64,000 nucleotides of DNA from an uncultured bacterium (GCA_963845185.1 CAWJRG010000005.1:640001-704000), one strand, 5' to 3'. Shown: positions 40,512 through 50,234, counted from the stretch's first letter. Numbers and translations: made by a program. The notes: generated by a model from the letters alone, not told the origin.

Positions 40512-42021
40512 AATGAATGGAATTTTTCCTGTAGGCAGGTTTGATAAACAATTGCAAGCTAACGCAGGCCCTGTGGATTATAAAAATCCCGAGCCCAAAG
40601 GCAAATACGACCTTGTGGTTATCGGCGCTGGTACAGCCGGTCTCGTGTCAGCCGCGGTCGCTGCAGCGCTTGGCGCAAAAACAGCACTGATAGAAAAATC
40701 TTTAATGGGTGGTGACTGCCTCAATTACGGCTGTGTTCCTTCAAAAGCAGTCATAGCTCCTTCCCGCGTTATTGCAACAGTAAAGCAAGCCGAAACTTTC
40801 GGCATAAAAGTAAGCGGCGATGTAACGGCGGATTTTGAAAAAATCATGGAAAGGATGCGGGAAAAGCGTGCCGCTATCAGCGTGAATGATTCGGTTAAAA
40901 AGTTCTTTGAACTTGGTGTGGATGTTTTCTTAGGCCAGGGTAAATTCATTGACAAAACAACGCTTGAAGTTGACGGTAAAAAACTTAAGTTTAAAAAAAC
41001 AGTTATTGCAACCGGCGCAAGGGCAACAGTGCCAAATATTGAAAATATTGATAAAACCGGATATTTGACAAACGAGACAATATTTAACCTAGTAAAAAAA
41101 CCGGAAAAACTGCTTGTGCTGGGCGCCGGGCCTTTGGGCTGCGAACTTGCGCAGGCACTCAACAGACTCGGGGTAAAAGTAAGCCTTCTTCACGCCGGCA
41201 CCCATATACTCGACAGGGAAGATTATGATGCAGCCTGGATAATACAGAAAAAATTTGTCTCGGAAGGCATTGAACTTATCCTTAACGCAAAGACAAAAAA
41301 AGCTGATTTGTCCGGCAACAGGAAGCGCGTGATTTTCGAGGCAGACGGCGCGGAAAGGTCAATCGAGGTTGATGAAATACTGGTGGCCGCAGGCAGGTCT
41401 CCAAATGTCGAGGGCATTGGCCTGGAAAATGCAGGCGTAAGGTATGATTTTAACATGGGGATTTATGTTAACGACTATCTGCAAACTTCAAACAAAAATA
41501 TATTCGCGGCCGGGGATATATGTTCCCCTTATAAATTCACTCACCTTGCGGATTTTCTGGCAAGAATAGCGGTCCAAAACGCTCTTTTTTTCATCAGAAA
41601 AAAAGCAAGTGCTCTCACAATTCCGTGGGCCACATACACGTCGCCAGAAATAGCCCATGTCGGCATAAATGAACGCGACGCCCAGGTAAAGGGCATTGCC
41701 ACGCAAACTTTCAAAGTAGAGTTCCGGGACATTGACAGGGCTATTCTGTCAGGCGAAGAACAAGGCTTTGTCAAAATTATAGTAAAAAAAGGCTCTGATA
41801 AAATACTGGGCGCTACAATAGTCTTGGAAAACGCCGGCGAACTCATAAGCGAACTAACGCTTGCCATGGCCAAAAATATCGGACTGGGAAAAATAGCCGG
41901 CGTCATACACCCATATCCGACCATGGCAGAAGCCATAAGAAAAGCAGGCGACATGTGTAACAAAACCAGGCTTACGCCGCTTATAAAAAAAATATTGCAG
42001 TTTATTATAAAAATTTCCTGA
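40504..42021 (+). CDS. Pyridine nucleotide-disulfide oxidoreductase (MerA/LpdA-like, no C-terminal CC)
   Basis: GAGTAG, 'GGDCLNYGCVPSK', 'FAAGD', 'IHPYPTMAE'. Confidence 0.9.
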   Translation: MNKMNGIFPVGRFDKQLQANAGPVDYKNPEPKGKYDLVVIGAGTAGLVSAAVAAALGAKTALIEKSLMGGDCLNYGCVPSKAVIAPSRVIATVKQAETFGIKVSGDVTADFEKIMERMREKRAAISVNDSVKKFFELGVDVFLGQGKFIDKTTLEVDGKKLKFKKTVIATGARATVPNIENIDKTGYLTNETIFNLVKKPEKLLVLGAGPLGCELAQALNRLGVKVSLLHAGTHILDREDYDAAWIIQKKFVSEGIELILNAKTKKADLSGNRKRVIFEADGAERSIEVDEILVAAGRSPNVEGIGLENAGVRYDFNMGIYVNDYLQTSNKNIFAAGDICSPYKFTHLADFLARIAVQNALFFIRKKASALTIPWATYTSPEIAHVGINERDAQVKGIATQTFKVEFRDIDRAILSGEEQGFVKIIVKKGSDKILGATIVLENAGELISELTLAMAKNIGLGKIAGVIHPYPTMAEAIRKAGDMCNKTRLTPLIKKILQFIIKIS

Positions 42022-42036
42022 GACAGGAGGTTTAAA

Positions 42037-42369
42037 ATGGCTGATTACTATGAAAAGAAAGACCTGGCTGATTTTGGGAACATAGGCGAATTCGCGCCCG
42101 AGCAGGGAAAAAAATTTTTTGAATATTACGGTGTTTCTACTTCAGCGGGTGTTTTAACTGAAAGGGAAAAATCCCTGATTGCCCTATCTGTCGCTACTAC
42201 TCAGAACTGCCCTTATTGCATAGACGCCTATACAACAAAATGCCTGTCAATAGGCGTCACAAAAGAAGAAATGATGGAGGCAGTGCATGTCGGCGCAGCC
42301 ATGATGGCAGGCGTGACACTTGCGCATTCCACTCAGATGAGGAAAATAATAAACAAAAAAGGACTGTAA
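42037..42369 (+). CDS. AhpD/CMD-like arsenosugar-associated peroxidase-like protein
   Basis: 'LTEREKSLIALSVA..QNCPYCIDAY..EEMMEAVHV', adjacent to arsS. Confidence 0.85.
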   Translation: MADYYEKKDLADFGNIGEFAPEQGKKFFEYYGVSTSAGVLTEREKSLIALSVATTQNCPYCIDAYTTKCLSIGVTKEEMMEAVHVGAAMMAGVTLAHSTQMRKIINKKGL

Positions 42370-42370
42370 C

Positions 42371-43360
42371 ATGGAGTTAAAAGACTTTGCCGGGCAAGCA
42401 GGAATGAGTTTTTCCGACAGGATCAAAAAGGCAGGCAAATACCCGCTTTTGGCATTCGGTGTCGAGATACTTCAGGTTAATGTCGGCAGGCTGTGCAACC
42501 TTTCATGCAGGCACTGCCACTTGGAAGCCTCGCCAACAAGGACAGAAATAATGCCCTGGAAAATCATGCAAAAATGCCTTGCTATAGCCCAATCCATGGG
42601 CATAGCAACAATTGACATTACAGGCGGGGCTCCGGAAATGAATCCGCATATGGCTTGGTTTATTATTGAATCGGCAAAGCTGAAGAAACGGCTTATAGTC
42701 CGGTCAAACCTTGCTGTTTTGGACGATGTAAAGTATTCTGGTTTTATTAATCTTTATGCGGATAAAAAAGTTGAAATCGTTGCTTCCCTTCCTGATTTTA
42801 CCGGTCAAAAATCCGACACACAAAGGGGAATCGGGACTTTTGATAAAATAATAAAAATCATAAAAAAACTCAATTCTATCGGATACGCCAAACCCGGTTC
42901 AGGGCTCGTGCTTGATGTTGTTCATAACCCTGTGGGGGCATACCTTCCCGGTCCGCAGAAAGCCCTGGAATTTGAATACCGAAGGCACCTGTCAGCTGAA
43001 TACGGTATTGAGTTTAACCGCCTCTTCTGCATTATAAACATGCCTCTCGGCCGCTACCTAGATTACCTTGTCAAGAGCGGAAACTTCGAAGATTACATGT
43101 CTGACCTAGTGAACTCGTTTAACCCTGCCAACATTGACGCTGTCATGTGCAGGAATACCGTGTCAGTTGGATGGGACGGATCGCTTTATGACTGTGATTT
43201 TAACCAGGCGCTTAACATGAAAATCAATCACGGCGCGCCCGACAATATAATGGATTTTGATATGGAAAAACTGAAGAAAAGGCAGATTGTGATTGAGAAC
43301 CACTGCTATGGATGCACGGCCGGCGCAGGTTCATCCTGCCATGGCGCGACGTCAGGATAA
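42371..43360 (+). CDS. arsS: Radical SAM protein, arsenosugar biosynthesis ArsS family
   Basis: 'LQVNVGRLCNLSCRHCH', 'DITGGAPEMNP', 'VMCRNTVSVGWDG.LYDCDFNQ', C-terminal 'HCYGCTAGAGSSC'. Confidence 0.88.
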   Translation: MELKDFAGQAGMSFSDRIKKAGKYPLLAFGVEILQVNVGRLCNLSCRHCHLEASPTRTEIMPWKIMQKCLAIAQSMGIATIDITGGAPEMNPHMAWFIIESAKLKKRLIVRSNLAVLDDVKYSGFINLYADKKVEIVASLPDFTGQKSDTQRGIGTFDKIIKIIKKLNSIGYAKPGSGLVLDVVHNPVGAYLPGPQKALEFEYRRHLSAEYGIEFNRLFCIINMPLGRYLDYLVKSGNFEDYMSDLVNSFNPANIDAVMCRNTVSVGWDGSLYDCDFNQALNMKINHGAPDNIMDFDMEKLKKRQIVIENHCYGCTAGAGSSCHGATSG

Positions 43361-44080
43361 ATGAAAAACATACGGCAACCAGAAATTTCAATAATCGTTC
43401 CTGTATTCAAAGAAGAATCACGCATAAACGAAGTATTATTTGCTTTGAAACAAGCCGGTGGAAATATAAGAAATGAAATTATTGTGTGTGACGGTCACCA
43501 CGATAAAACAACCATCAAAGCTATAAAACAAAAAAATATTGTCAAAGTCCATTCGGCCAAAGGCAGGGCTATACAGATGAATGCCGGGGCCAAAAAAGCC
43601 CTCACTGGGATTTTGGTTTTTGTCCACGCCGACACCATAATGCCGGAAGGCTTCCTTGCTTCAATTAAAACAGCAATAAAATCCGGGTCCAGGGCGGGCT
43701 CGTTTACTTTTGCGCTGGATGCAAAAGGCGCGGCATACAGGTTCATGGAAAAATGGGTTCAAACCAGGGATGCGATAACAAGGGAACCATTCGGCGACAG
43801 GTCCCATTTTTTTGAAAAAAAATATTTCCATTCAATCGGCGGGTATGCGGATATCCCTTTAATGGAAGACATTGAAATAATGAGAAGAATAAAAAGATGT
43901 AAAGGTAATATAGTAATACTGAAGGAAAAAGCAGTAACTTCAGCAAGGAAAATAAGGTCGGAAGGTTTTATTTTCTATGCAGTCAGGAACTGGTTTCTCA
44001 GGCTCCTTTACAATCTTGGAATAAGTCCTTCATTACTTGCAAAAATATATTACAGGAAGGAAGAATCCGGCAATGCCTGA
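43361..44080 (+). CDS. GT2 glycosyltransferase (TIGR04283-like, arsenosugar-associated)
   Basis: 'ISIIVP', 'GRAIQMNAGA', 'FVHADT', 'FGD..F..GGYADIPLMEDIE..TSAR'. Confidence 0.85.
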   Translation: MKNIRQPEISIIVPVFKEESRINEVLFALKQAGGNIRNEIIVCDGHHDKTTIKAIKQKNIVKVHSAKGRAIQMNAGAKKALTGILVFVHADTIMPEGFLASIKTAIKSGSRAGSFTFALDAKGAAYRFMEKWVQTRDAITREPFGDRSHFFEKKYFHSIGGYADIPLMEDIEIMRRIKRCKGNIVILKEKAVTSARKIRSEGFIFYAVRNWFLRLLYNLGISPSLLAKIYYRKEESGNA

Positions 44081-44678
44081 AAACGGCAAATGTATTGCAA
44101 TATTCGTCAAATACCCTCAAAAAGGAAAAGTCAAGACCAGGCTGGCAGCCTCCATAGGCCATGATTCCGCATTAAAAATCTATAAAAAAATGGCAATTCG
44201 TGTTGTAAGCCAGGCATTAAAAAGCAAGGCAGACGTTTTTATATTTTTTTGTCCGCCGGGCAAGGAACATTTGATGAGGCAATGGCTCGGAAAGCAGTGC
44301 ACGTATCTTCCGCAGCGCGGCAAAGGGCTTGGCGCAAAAATGAAAAATTGTTTTAAGGATATTTTTGAGGCCGGGTATGATAAAGCAGTTCTTGCCGGCA
44401 GCGATATTCCATGCCTTGGTGCAAATATAATAAATAAATCTTTAGCTAAGTTAAAAACCAACAAGGCTGTCATAGGCCCGGCAAAAGACGGCGGGTATTA
44501 TTTGATAGGATTTTCAAAACATGGTTTTTGCCCGGCAATTTTCAGCGGTATGAAATGGAGCTCGAATGGTGTATTTAAGGCTACAATGAAAGTCTTTAAA
44601 AAAAATAAGATCAAAACCGCAATATTACCTATACTGAGCGATGTTGACACACTGGAAGGTCTTCAACAACAGCTATAA
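44073..44678 (+). CDS. DUF2064 / TIGR04282-like glycosyltransferase
   Basis: 'FVKYPQKGKVKTRLA', 'QRGKGLGAKM', 'GSDIP', 'VIGPAKDGGYYLIG', 'DVDT'. Confidence 0.88.
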   Translation: MPENGKCIAIFVKYPQKGKVKTRLAASIGHDSALKIYKKMAIRVVSQALKSKADVFIFFCPPGKEHLMRQWLGKQCTYLPQRGKGLGAKMKNCFKDIFEAGYDKAVLAGSDIPCLGANIINKSLAKLKTNKAVIGPAKDGGYYLIGFSKHGFCPAIFSGMKWSSNGVFKATMKVFKKNKIKTAILPILSDVDTLEGLQQQL

Positions 44679-44696
44679 ATTGTGGTATTAATATTT

Positions 44697-45434
44697 TTAA
44701 TGCGGCTCAGCCATTAGTTTCATGAATTTAAGTATCCGTTTTGCATTTGTACCCAAATCACCCTTACCTACCCTGGAAACCGAACGCATGTCCACCATGC
44801 TTCCTGTTTTTACCGTTGTGATGCGTATTACTATGTCATCTGTGAACCCGAACCAGAAAGTCGTAGCTGTCGCTTCTATGCGGCCTTCGGCTTTATTTGA
44901 ATCTGCAATTTTCCAGCCCATCTTTATCCCTGTTGCCATAGCCCTATCAAATGCTTCGTCCGCGGAAATTTCCGTAACAATAGTTTTAATTTTCGGAAAC
45001 GCTTTAAGCTGCTTTGCTGCGGCATCAGGCCCTGGATAAACAGACCCTACAGGTGCATTCTTTCTAAGCGGCATTATTGCGACAAATTTCGGTGGATTAT
45101 TTGTATCTGTTGTTATATCGTTGATGAGCGGTATGTTTCTGGCGTTAATAATTGTAAAAACCAAACTGCCAGATATAAAAAGCCCTATAATAATGCCGGC
45201 GATAATAAGCAAACCCGAACCGTTAAAGCCTGATTTAATGGCATTATTAAGGTCAAAACAGCAGATTATTGCCGCTATCAAGCCTAGCAATGCCGAAAGC
45301 AGCAGGATAATAAATCCAATCATGAAATTCCACAACCCCCATTTGCTTCCCAGTCCGGACATGAGCATTGCAACTCCGGAAAGAATTGCAAGCCAGAATC
45401 CTGTAGATATTGACATTCCTGAATTTGCGCTCAT
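44697..45434 (-). CDS. DUF1499 membrane-anchored protein
   Basis: 'PLINDITTD..NPPKF', 'GRIEATATTFWFGFTDDIVIR..VDMRSVSRVGKGDLGTNAKRI'. Confidence 0.88.
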   Translation of the reverse strand: MSANSGMSISTGFWLAILSGVAMLMSGLGSKWGLWNFMIGFIILLLSALLGLIAAIICCFDLNNAIKSGFNGSGLLIIAGIIIGLFISGSLVFTIINARNIPLINDITTDTNNPPKFVAIMPLRKNAPVGSVYPGPDAAAKQLKAFPKIKTIVTEISADEAFDRAMATGIKMGWKIADSNKAEGRIEATATTFWFGFTDDIVIRITTVKTGSMVDMRSVSRVGKGDLGTNAKRILKFMKLMAEPH

Positions 45435-45717
45435 AAATTCCTCCTTTGATAAATATCTTTTAGCTTTTATTTGATAAAATTATAATATTAAATACCAATA
45501 GCAACAATATTAGTTTTCCGCTTTTTATTGATTTATTTCGGAATATTAATATTATGCCTGGCCAAAAAATTTTACAATATTTTTATATGTATAACTTTAT
45601 TAAGCGTAAAAAAAGTCAAATAAAAGCAGAATTCATATCTTTGCTTTATAAACCCTGTCATATATAATTAAAAAAATGAAAAATTAGTTATGATTTTACT
45701 GAAAGGAGGTGACGTTG

Positions 45718-46113
45718 ATGAAAAAAACAATTATATTGATAACATCATTGTTCTTATTTGCTGGTTTTGTTTTAGCTGCTGACCAGGCAGCACCTGCAGC
45801 AAGTGCAAAAGCCATGACATATGCTGGTACCATAATAGACAATCAGTGCGCAAACAGCAATAAGACAAATCTTGGGGAATTCATAAAGACGCACACAAAG
45901 GCATGCGCTTTGATGCCAAACTGCATAGCAAGCGGTTACTCGCTTTACATGCCGGATGGCACGCTGAAGCCTTTTGACAAAGTAAGTAACGCAAAGATAG
46001 AAAAATTCCTGAAGAAGAAAAGCAGCAAGCTTACAGTGGACATTACCGCAAAAGAATCAGGCGGCCAGCTTTCGCTTGTTTCAATCAAAAATCAATCTGT
46101 GAAAAAGAAATAG
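45718..46113 (+). CDS. Small secreted protein with a His/Cys motif
   Basis: RBS AGGAGGT; signal peptide; 'IDNQC..HTKACALMPNCIASGY'. Confidence 0.8.
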   Translation: MKKTIILITSLFLFAGFVLAADQAAPAASAKAMTYAGTIIDNQCANSNKTNLGEFIKTHTKACALMPNCIASGYSLYMPDGTLKPFDKVSNAKIEKFLKKKSSKLTVDITAKESGGQLSLVSIKNQSVKKK

Positions 46114-46120
46114 ATATAAA

Positions 46121-46160
46121 TAAAAAAGTAACCGGGTTTTTAGCCCGGTTACTTTTTTTA
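46121..46160. terminator. Bidirectional intrinsic terminator
   Basis: TAAAAAAGTAACCGGG-TTTTTAG-CCCGGTTACTTTTTTTA between convergent genes. Confidence 0.85.
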
Positions 46161-46186
46161 TTTAAAAATCTTCAACCTGCTGATTT

Positions 46187-46867
46187 TTAGAAATAATACC
46201 TCAACACAAGGCCGCTAAGCGTAGTACCATTCAGGACGATCGTGGAATTGGTGCCAAAGAAACAAGTATGCTTTCCGACTATCTCGTAATCGACATATGT
46301 CTGGGTATAGTTCTCCTCGTAATTTTCCGAAACATTAAAGGCTACATTTCCGCCAATGCTTATATCGCCCGGCAGGAAAGAAATCAGGTGCCCAATGAAA
46401 TATTCAACTTCAAGCTTAAATACCATGCCTGCGGTAATTGTATAGCTTGAATCTTTCAGGCTTACGCTTTCATTTTGTTTTGACAGCACATTATAATCAG
46501 TGGTGTTTGTTTCTGAAAGCGTCTTGGCATATCCCCCTGTTATTTCAGGGATGAAATTAACGTGTAACCCACCGATTATTTTTACCGGCATTACAAGCCC
46601 GTATCCCGTGGATATGGAGTCGTTCATGACATCGCCGGAATTTGCGGAAGTATAATTGACCGCAAGCGGTATTTCGTATCCCGACCAGTTCTTTGAGACA
46701 AACCTGAAGAGCACTCCGTTGCTTATGCCGATGCTGTATAGCCCGTTTTGGGACATATCATCAACCACCGGGGTTGCTGTTGCCTGCGGTTGTTCGGCCT
46801 TTTTTTCCGCTGCGTAAGCGTATGAAATTGCAAATAACAAAAGAAAAATCACAAATAATTTTTTCAT
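46187..46867 (-). CDS. Putative outer-membrane beta-barrel protein (paralog A)
   Basis: Signal peptide, alternating beta-strand pattern, C-terminal 'LVLRYYF'. Confidence 0.7.
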   Translation of the reverse strand: MKKLFVIFLLLFAISYAYAAEKKAEQPQATATPVVDDMSQNGLYSIGISNGVLFRFVSKNWSGYEIPLAVNYTSANSGDVMNDSISTGYGLVMPVKIIGGLHVNFIPEITGGYAKTLSETNTTDYNVLSKQNESVSLKDSSYTITAGMVFKLEVEYFIGHLISFLPGDISIGGNVAFNVSENYEENYTQTYVDYEIVGKHTCFFGTNSTIVLNGTTLSGLVLRYYF

Positions 46868-47020
46868 TTAAATCCTCCCGATTATATTTTTTTTGAAATA
46901 AAGCAAGGTTTTCTGGCAGCGTAACCTCCTCTCTTTCCTGATTTTTTATACAGGTTCAGGACTTATGGTAGGCCTGTTTTGCTGAAAATGTACAGCGGAT
47001 TATGGCTAAACCCCCGGAAA

Positions 47021-48877
47021 TTACGCCTTGTCCTTGTCCTTGCCCTTTGCTTTTGTTTCCTTGCTGGACATGGTGTAAAGCACATACCTTATTTCTATTT
47101 CTTCCTCGTGTTTTCTGCCCGCGTCTATTATTTCCACCGTGCCGGAACTGTTCCTTACAAGATTATCCATATATTCTTTTGTATTGCCGATGTTGTTCTT
47201 ATATGAAATTTCATCCAATATTATTTGGTTCTTTTCTGATTTTGCTCCGCTCAAAAGCCGCGAAGCCCTTATAATGCCGTTGCCGTAAATATTCACGCTC
47301 TTATGACCGTCTATATTAACATCCTTAAGCAGGTCGTCTCCTTCGCTTATAGCTATTTTTATCGCAAACCGGTATTTCGAGCACTCTTCCACGCAACCTA
47401 TCGCAAAATTCATGTGGCAGTACGGATCCTGCTTTTCGCCGATAAAACATACTATGGCTCCGTCGCCCATAAGTATGAGCAGGTAATTGGTGAAATGTTT
47501 TAGCTGTGAGTCAAGAAGGTCGTTAAACTGTTTTGCCCATAATTTCTGGGTGTTATTATCCGCTTTTGTGAAACCCCTGATGTCAAGCGATACACACCTG
47601 TTTTTTATATATACCTCCCTGTCCACGAGAGTCAGGCGGGGATGAATCATATTTGGTATTTTATTTCTTATTTTTGTAAGCAGCACCATGAGAATAATAA
47701 CAAATATAAAAAGCAGCCCCGTAACAATTGCCAGCGCCTTTATTATGATGTCTTTTGAAATATTAAACGCAGGACTTGCCGGTTTCTTTTGTTCAGCTAT
47801 TGCAGTCGGCTGTGCAGCCGGTATTGCTGTTTTTGCCGGTTCCTCCTGCCCTTTTTTCTCCCTTGCCTGTTTTATCATTTTGTTTCTTGATTTTGCCGTT
47901 TCTGCTGCAGCCGGCGAACCGCCATTGAGGCTCCATAGCCTCACAGTCCCGTCCTTGCCGCCGCTTGCAAAATCATAGCTTACGTCGGAAAACGCAACCG
48001 CATTTACATCTCCCTTATGCCCTTCATACCTTTTATATATTTTCCCATCGTCCGCATCCCATACTATAACTTCCCCGTACTTTCCGCAGGTTACAATGTA
48101 CTTTCCGTCGTTTGAAAAATCGATTGATTTTATCGCGCCCTTGTGGCCGTATAAAATCCTAATGGTATTTGTGCTTAATGCATCCCATATCCTGGCTGTG
48201 CCGTCGTCGGATGCCGTGGCTATCAGCTTGCCGTCCGGGGAAAATGCCACGTAATTGACCGCTGCCGAATGCCCCGCAAAAGTCTTTTCTTTTTTACCGG
48301 CAGAAACGGGAAAAAACTTTACCTTGCTGTCACTCCTCGCCACAGCTACGTACCCGCCGTCCGGCGAGTAATTCACGCACAAAACCTTCATATCGTTTGT
48401 CCAGAATAAATTCTGGATAAGTTTTGAATCCTTTACCTGCCATATATTGATGTTTTTATCGTCCCCTGCCGAGCATATGTATTCGCTGTCCGGAGAAAAA
48501 GCAACTGATAAAACCGGTGCTTTATGGTTTTCCAGAGATGTCAGCAGTTGAAAACTTCCATTCTCCGCGTCCCATATCCTGACCGCTTTATCGTCGCCCG
48601 CAGACGCCAGGTACCGGCCGTCCGGAGAAAAAGCAATTGTACGGATTGCGCCGTTACCGGCTTTTATTATATGCCTGATTTTTTTGCCGTATATATCCCA
48701 TATTTTGACGGTTTTATCGTCACTGCATGAGGCAATATATTTTCCATCCGGTGAAAACCCCACGCATCGCACAGCGCTGCTGTGCTCAAAAACGCTGATA
48801 ATCCCAGCGCGCAGGAATCCAGCCAAAAAAATAAAAACCGCAGTCTGGAACAATAAAAAAAATTTTTTAGCTTTCAT
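47021..48877 (-). CDS. Signal peptide, 7xWD40 propeller, TM helix, class III nucleotidyl cyclase-like domain
   Basis: Seven WD repeats (for example GHSAAVNYVAFSPDGKLIATASDDGTARIWD); TM 'ALAIVTGLLFIFVIILMVLL'; 'SLDIRGFTK..ILMGDGAIVCF..IAISEG..IYGNGIIRASRL'. Confidence 0.8.
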   Translation of the reverse strand: MKAKKFFLLFQTAVFIFLAGFLRAGIISVFEHSSAVRCVGFSPDGKYIASCSDDKTVKIWDIYGKKIRHIIKAGNGAIRTIAFSPDGRYLASAGDDKAVRIWDAENGSFQLLTSLENHKAPVLSVAFSPDSEYICSAGDDKNINIWQVKDSKLIQNLFWTNDMKVLCVNYSPDGGYVAVARSDSKVKFFPVSAGKKEKTFAGHSAAVNYVAFSPDGKLIATASDDGTARIWDALSTNTIRILYGHKGAIKSIDFSNDGKYIVTCGKYGEVIVWDADDGKIYKRYEGHKGDVNAVAFSDVSYDFASGGKDGTVRLWSLNGGSPAAAETAKSRNKMIKQAREKKGQEEPAKTAIPAAQPTAIAEQKKPASPAFNISKDIIIKALAIVTGLLFIFVIILMVLLTKIRNKIPNMIHPRLTLVDREVYIKNRCVSLDIRGFTKADNNTQKLWAKQFNDLLDSQLKHFTNYLLILMGDGAIVCFIGEKQDPYCHMNFAIGCVEECSKYRFAIKIAISEGDDLLKDVNIDGHKSVNIYGNGIIRASRLLSGAKSEKNQIILDEISYKNNIGNTKEYMDNLVRNSSGTVEIIDAGRKHEEEIEIRYVLYTMSSKETKAKGKDKDKA

Positions 48878-49002
48878 TTAATTGCACTTCCGTCCTTATG
48901 AGTAAATTGATTTTTATATATTTTATCAATACAGGGATTTAATGTAAAGCGATTTTTAACCATCCCGTGCCCCTGTTTGAATCCGAAAAATTAAGGACAA
49001 AA

Positions 49003-49030
49003 TAGGGTGCGGTAGAAAACCGCGCCCTTA
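49003..49030. repeat. REP-like imperfect palindrome
   Basis: TAGGGTGCGGT-AGAAA-ACCGCGCCCTTA. Confidence 0.45.
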
Positions 49031-49069
49031 AGCTAAAAATCTGATTGGATAAAAAATTCCTGCGGATTT

Positions 49070-49733
49070 TTAGAAATAATATCTTATTGCAAGCCCGCTG
49101 AGAGTAGCTCCATTCAGGGCCAGCGTGGCATTGGTTCCAAAAAGGCATGTGTGTTTTCCGACAACTTCATACTCAAGATATGACTGGGTATAGCTTTCCC
49201 CATAATTCTCTGTAACGTTAAGTGCCACATTCCCGCCTATGCTGATATTCTCCCGGCAGGAAAGAAACCACGTGCCCGATAAGATATTCAACTTCAAGCT
49301 TAAATACCGCGCCCGCAGTAATAGTATAGCTTGAATTCTTCAGGTTTACGGTTTCATTTGCCTTTGTGGCAGTATTGTACTCGGCATTATTCGTTTCTGA
49401 AAATGTCCTGGCGTAACCGCCTGTTATCCCGGGAATAAAATTGACATGAAGCCCGCCTACTATTTTCACCGGCATTACAAGCCCAAAACCCGTGGACACG
49501 GAGTCATTCATGACATCGCCTGAATTTGCCGAACTATAATTGATTGACAGCGGTATTTCGTATCCTGACCAGTTCTTTGAGACAAACCTGAAGATTGGCC
49601 CGTTGCTTATGCCGATGCTGTACAGCCCATTTTGGGACATATAATCAAGCTGCTCCTGGTCGCTCACATCAATGCCGGCAAACGCGTAAGACGCCAAAAA
49701 TAGTACTGCAATTACCACTAAAATTCTTTTCAT
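49070..49733 (-). CDS. Putative outer-membrane beta-barrel protein (paralog B), split by a +1 frameshift at ~49248
   Basis: Closely similar to 46187..46867. Removing one base restores SFLPGDISIGGNVALNV...LAIRYYF (220 aa). Confidence 0.8.
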
Positions 49734-49794
49734 ACAAAACCCTCCTTAATTTTTATATTTTGCACAGTGTGCATAATTTTATGCCGGCAAATTT

Positions 49795-50094
49795 TCATGG
49801 CACCATTTCCAGGTCTCTGCCAAAATGCCTCCTGTTAACCCATCCGGTATTGCCGTTGCGCATTTCGATTAAAACCGCGTTGGGCCTTACCCTTAGAATT
49901 TTTACTTTGGTGCCCGGGTGCAGTACCGCAATGCTTTCTCCTGCAAGCCCGTCCATGCTCCAGACTTTGATTACATCGACATTGCCGTAGGTATTTACAA
50001 TTGCCCATCTTGCAGGCTTCTTTACCACTACCATGCAGGAAGCAAATACAAGCAGCGCGAAAAACAAGAGCGCAAAAGTCATAATTTTCTTCAT
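49795..50094 (-). CDS. SH3-like lipoprotein
   Basis: RBS AAAGGAGG; lipobox FASC; 'LHPGTKVKIL..IEMRNGNTGWV'. Confidence 0.75.
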   Translation of the reverse strand: MKKIMTFALLFFALLVFASCMVVVKKPARWAIVNTYGNVDVIKVWSMDGLAGESIAVLHPGTKVKILRVRPNAVLIEMRNGNTGWVNRRHFGRDLEMVP

Positions 50095-50122
50095 TTTTTC
50101 CTCCTTTCTGTAATTGTATTGT

Positions 50123-50234
50123 GGAACCCCGCCGACAGTAGTCGGCGGCTCCTTAAAAACCACCGGAGGTTATAAAGAGTTCCCTCCGGAAAGGTATAAT
50201 TCATCCCCCAACTCCGGTTGGGGGATTTCTTTCT
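50123..50234. ncRNA. Three tandem GC-rich hairpins (candidate leader or antisense RNA)
   Basis: GCCGAC-AGTA-GTCGGC with extended stem; CCGGAGG..CCTCCGG; ATCCCCCAAC-TCCG-GTTGGGGGAT followed by TTCTTTCT. Confidence 0.4.

Noticed and set aside
40504..42021. merA (mercuric reductase) call
   Set aside because: Lacks the C-terminal vicinal Cys pair and the N-terminal metal-binding domain; no merR, merT or merP nearby.
47021..47620. Pycsar or CBASS defence system call
   Set aside because: No cyclic-nucleotide-binding effector gene is adjacent; the architecture is that of a membrane receptor.
49760..49790. Second sigma54 promoter (CGGCATAAAATTATGC) upstream of paralog B
   Set aside because: GG-to-GC spacing is 11 rather than the required 10.
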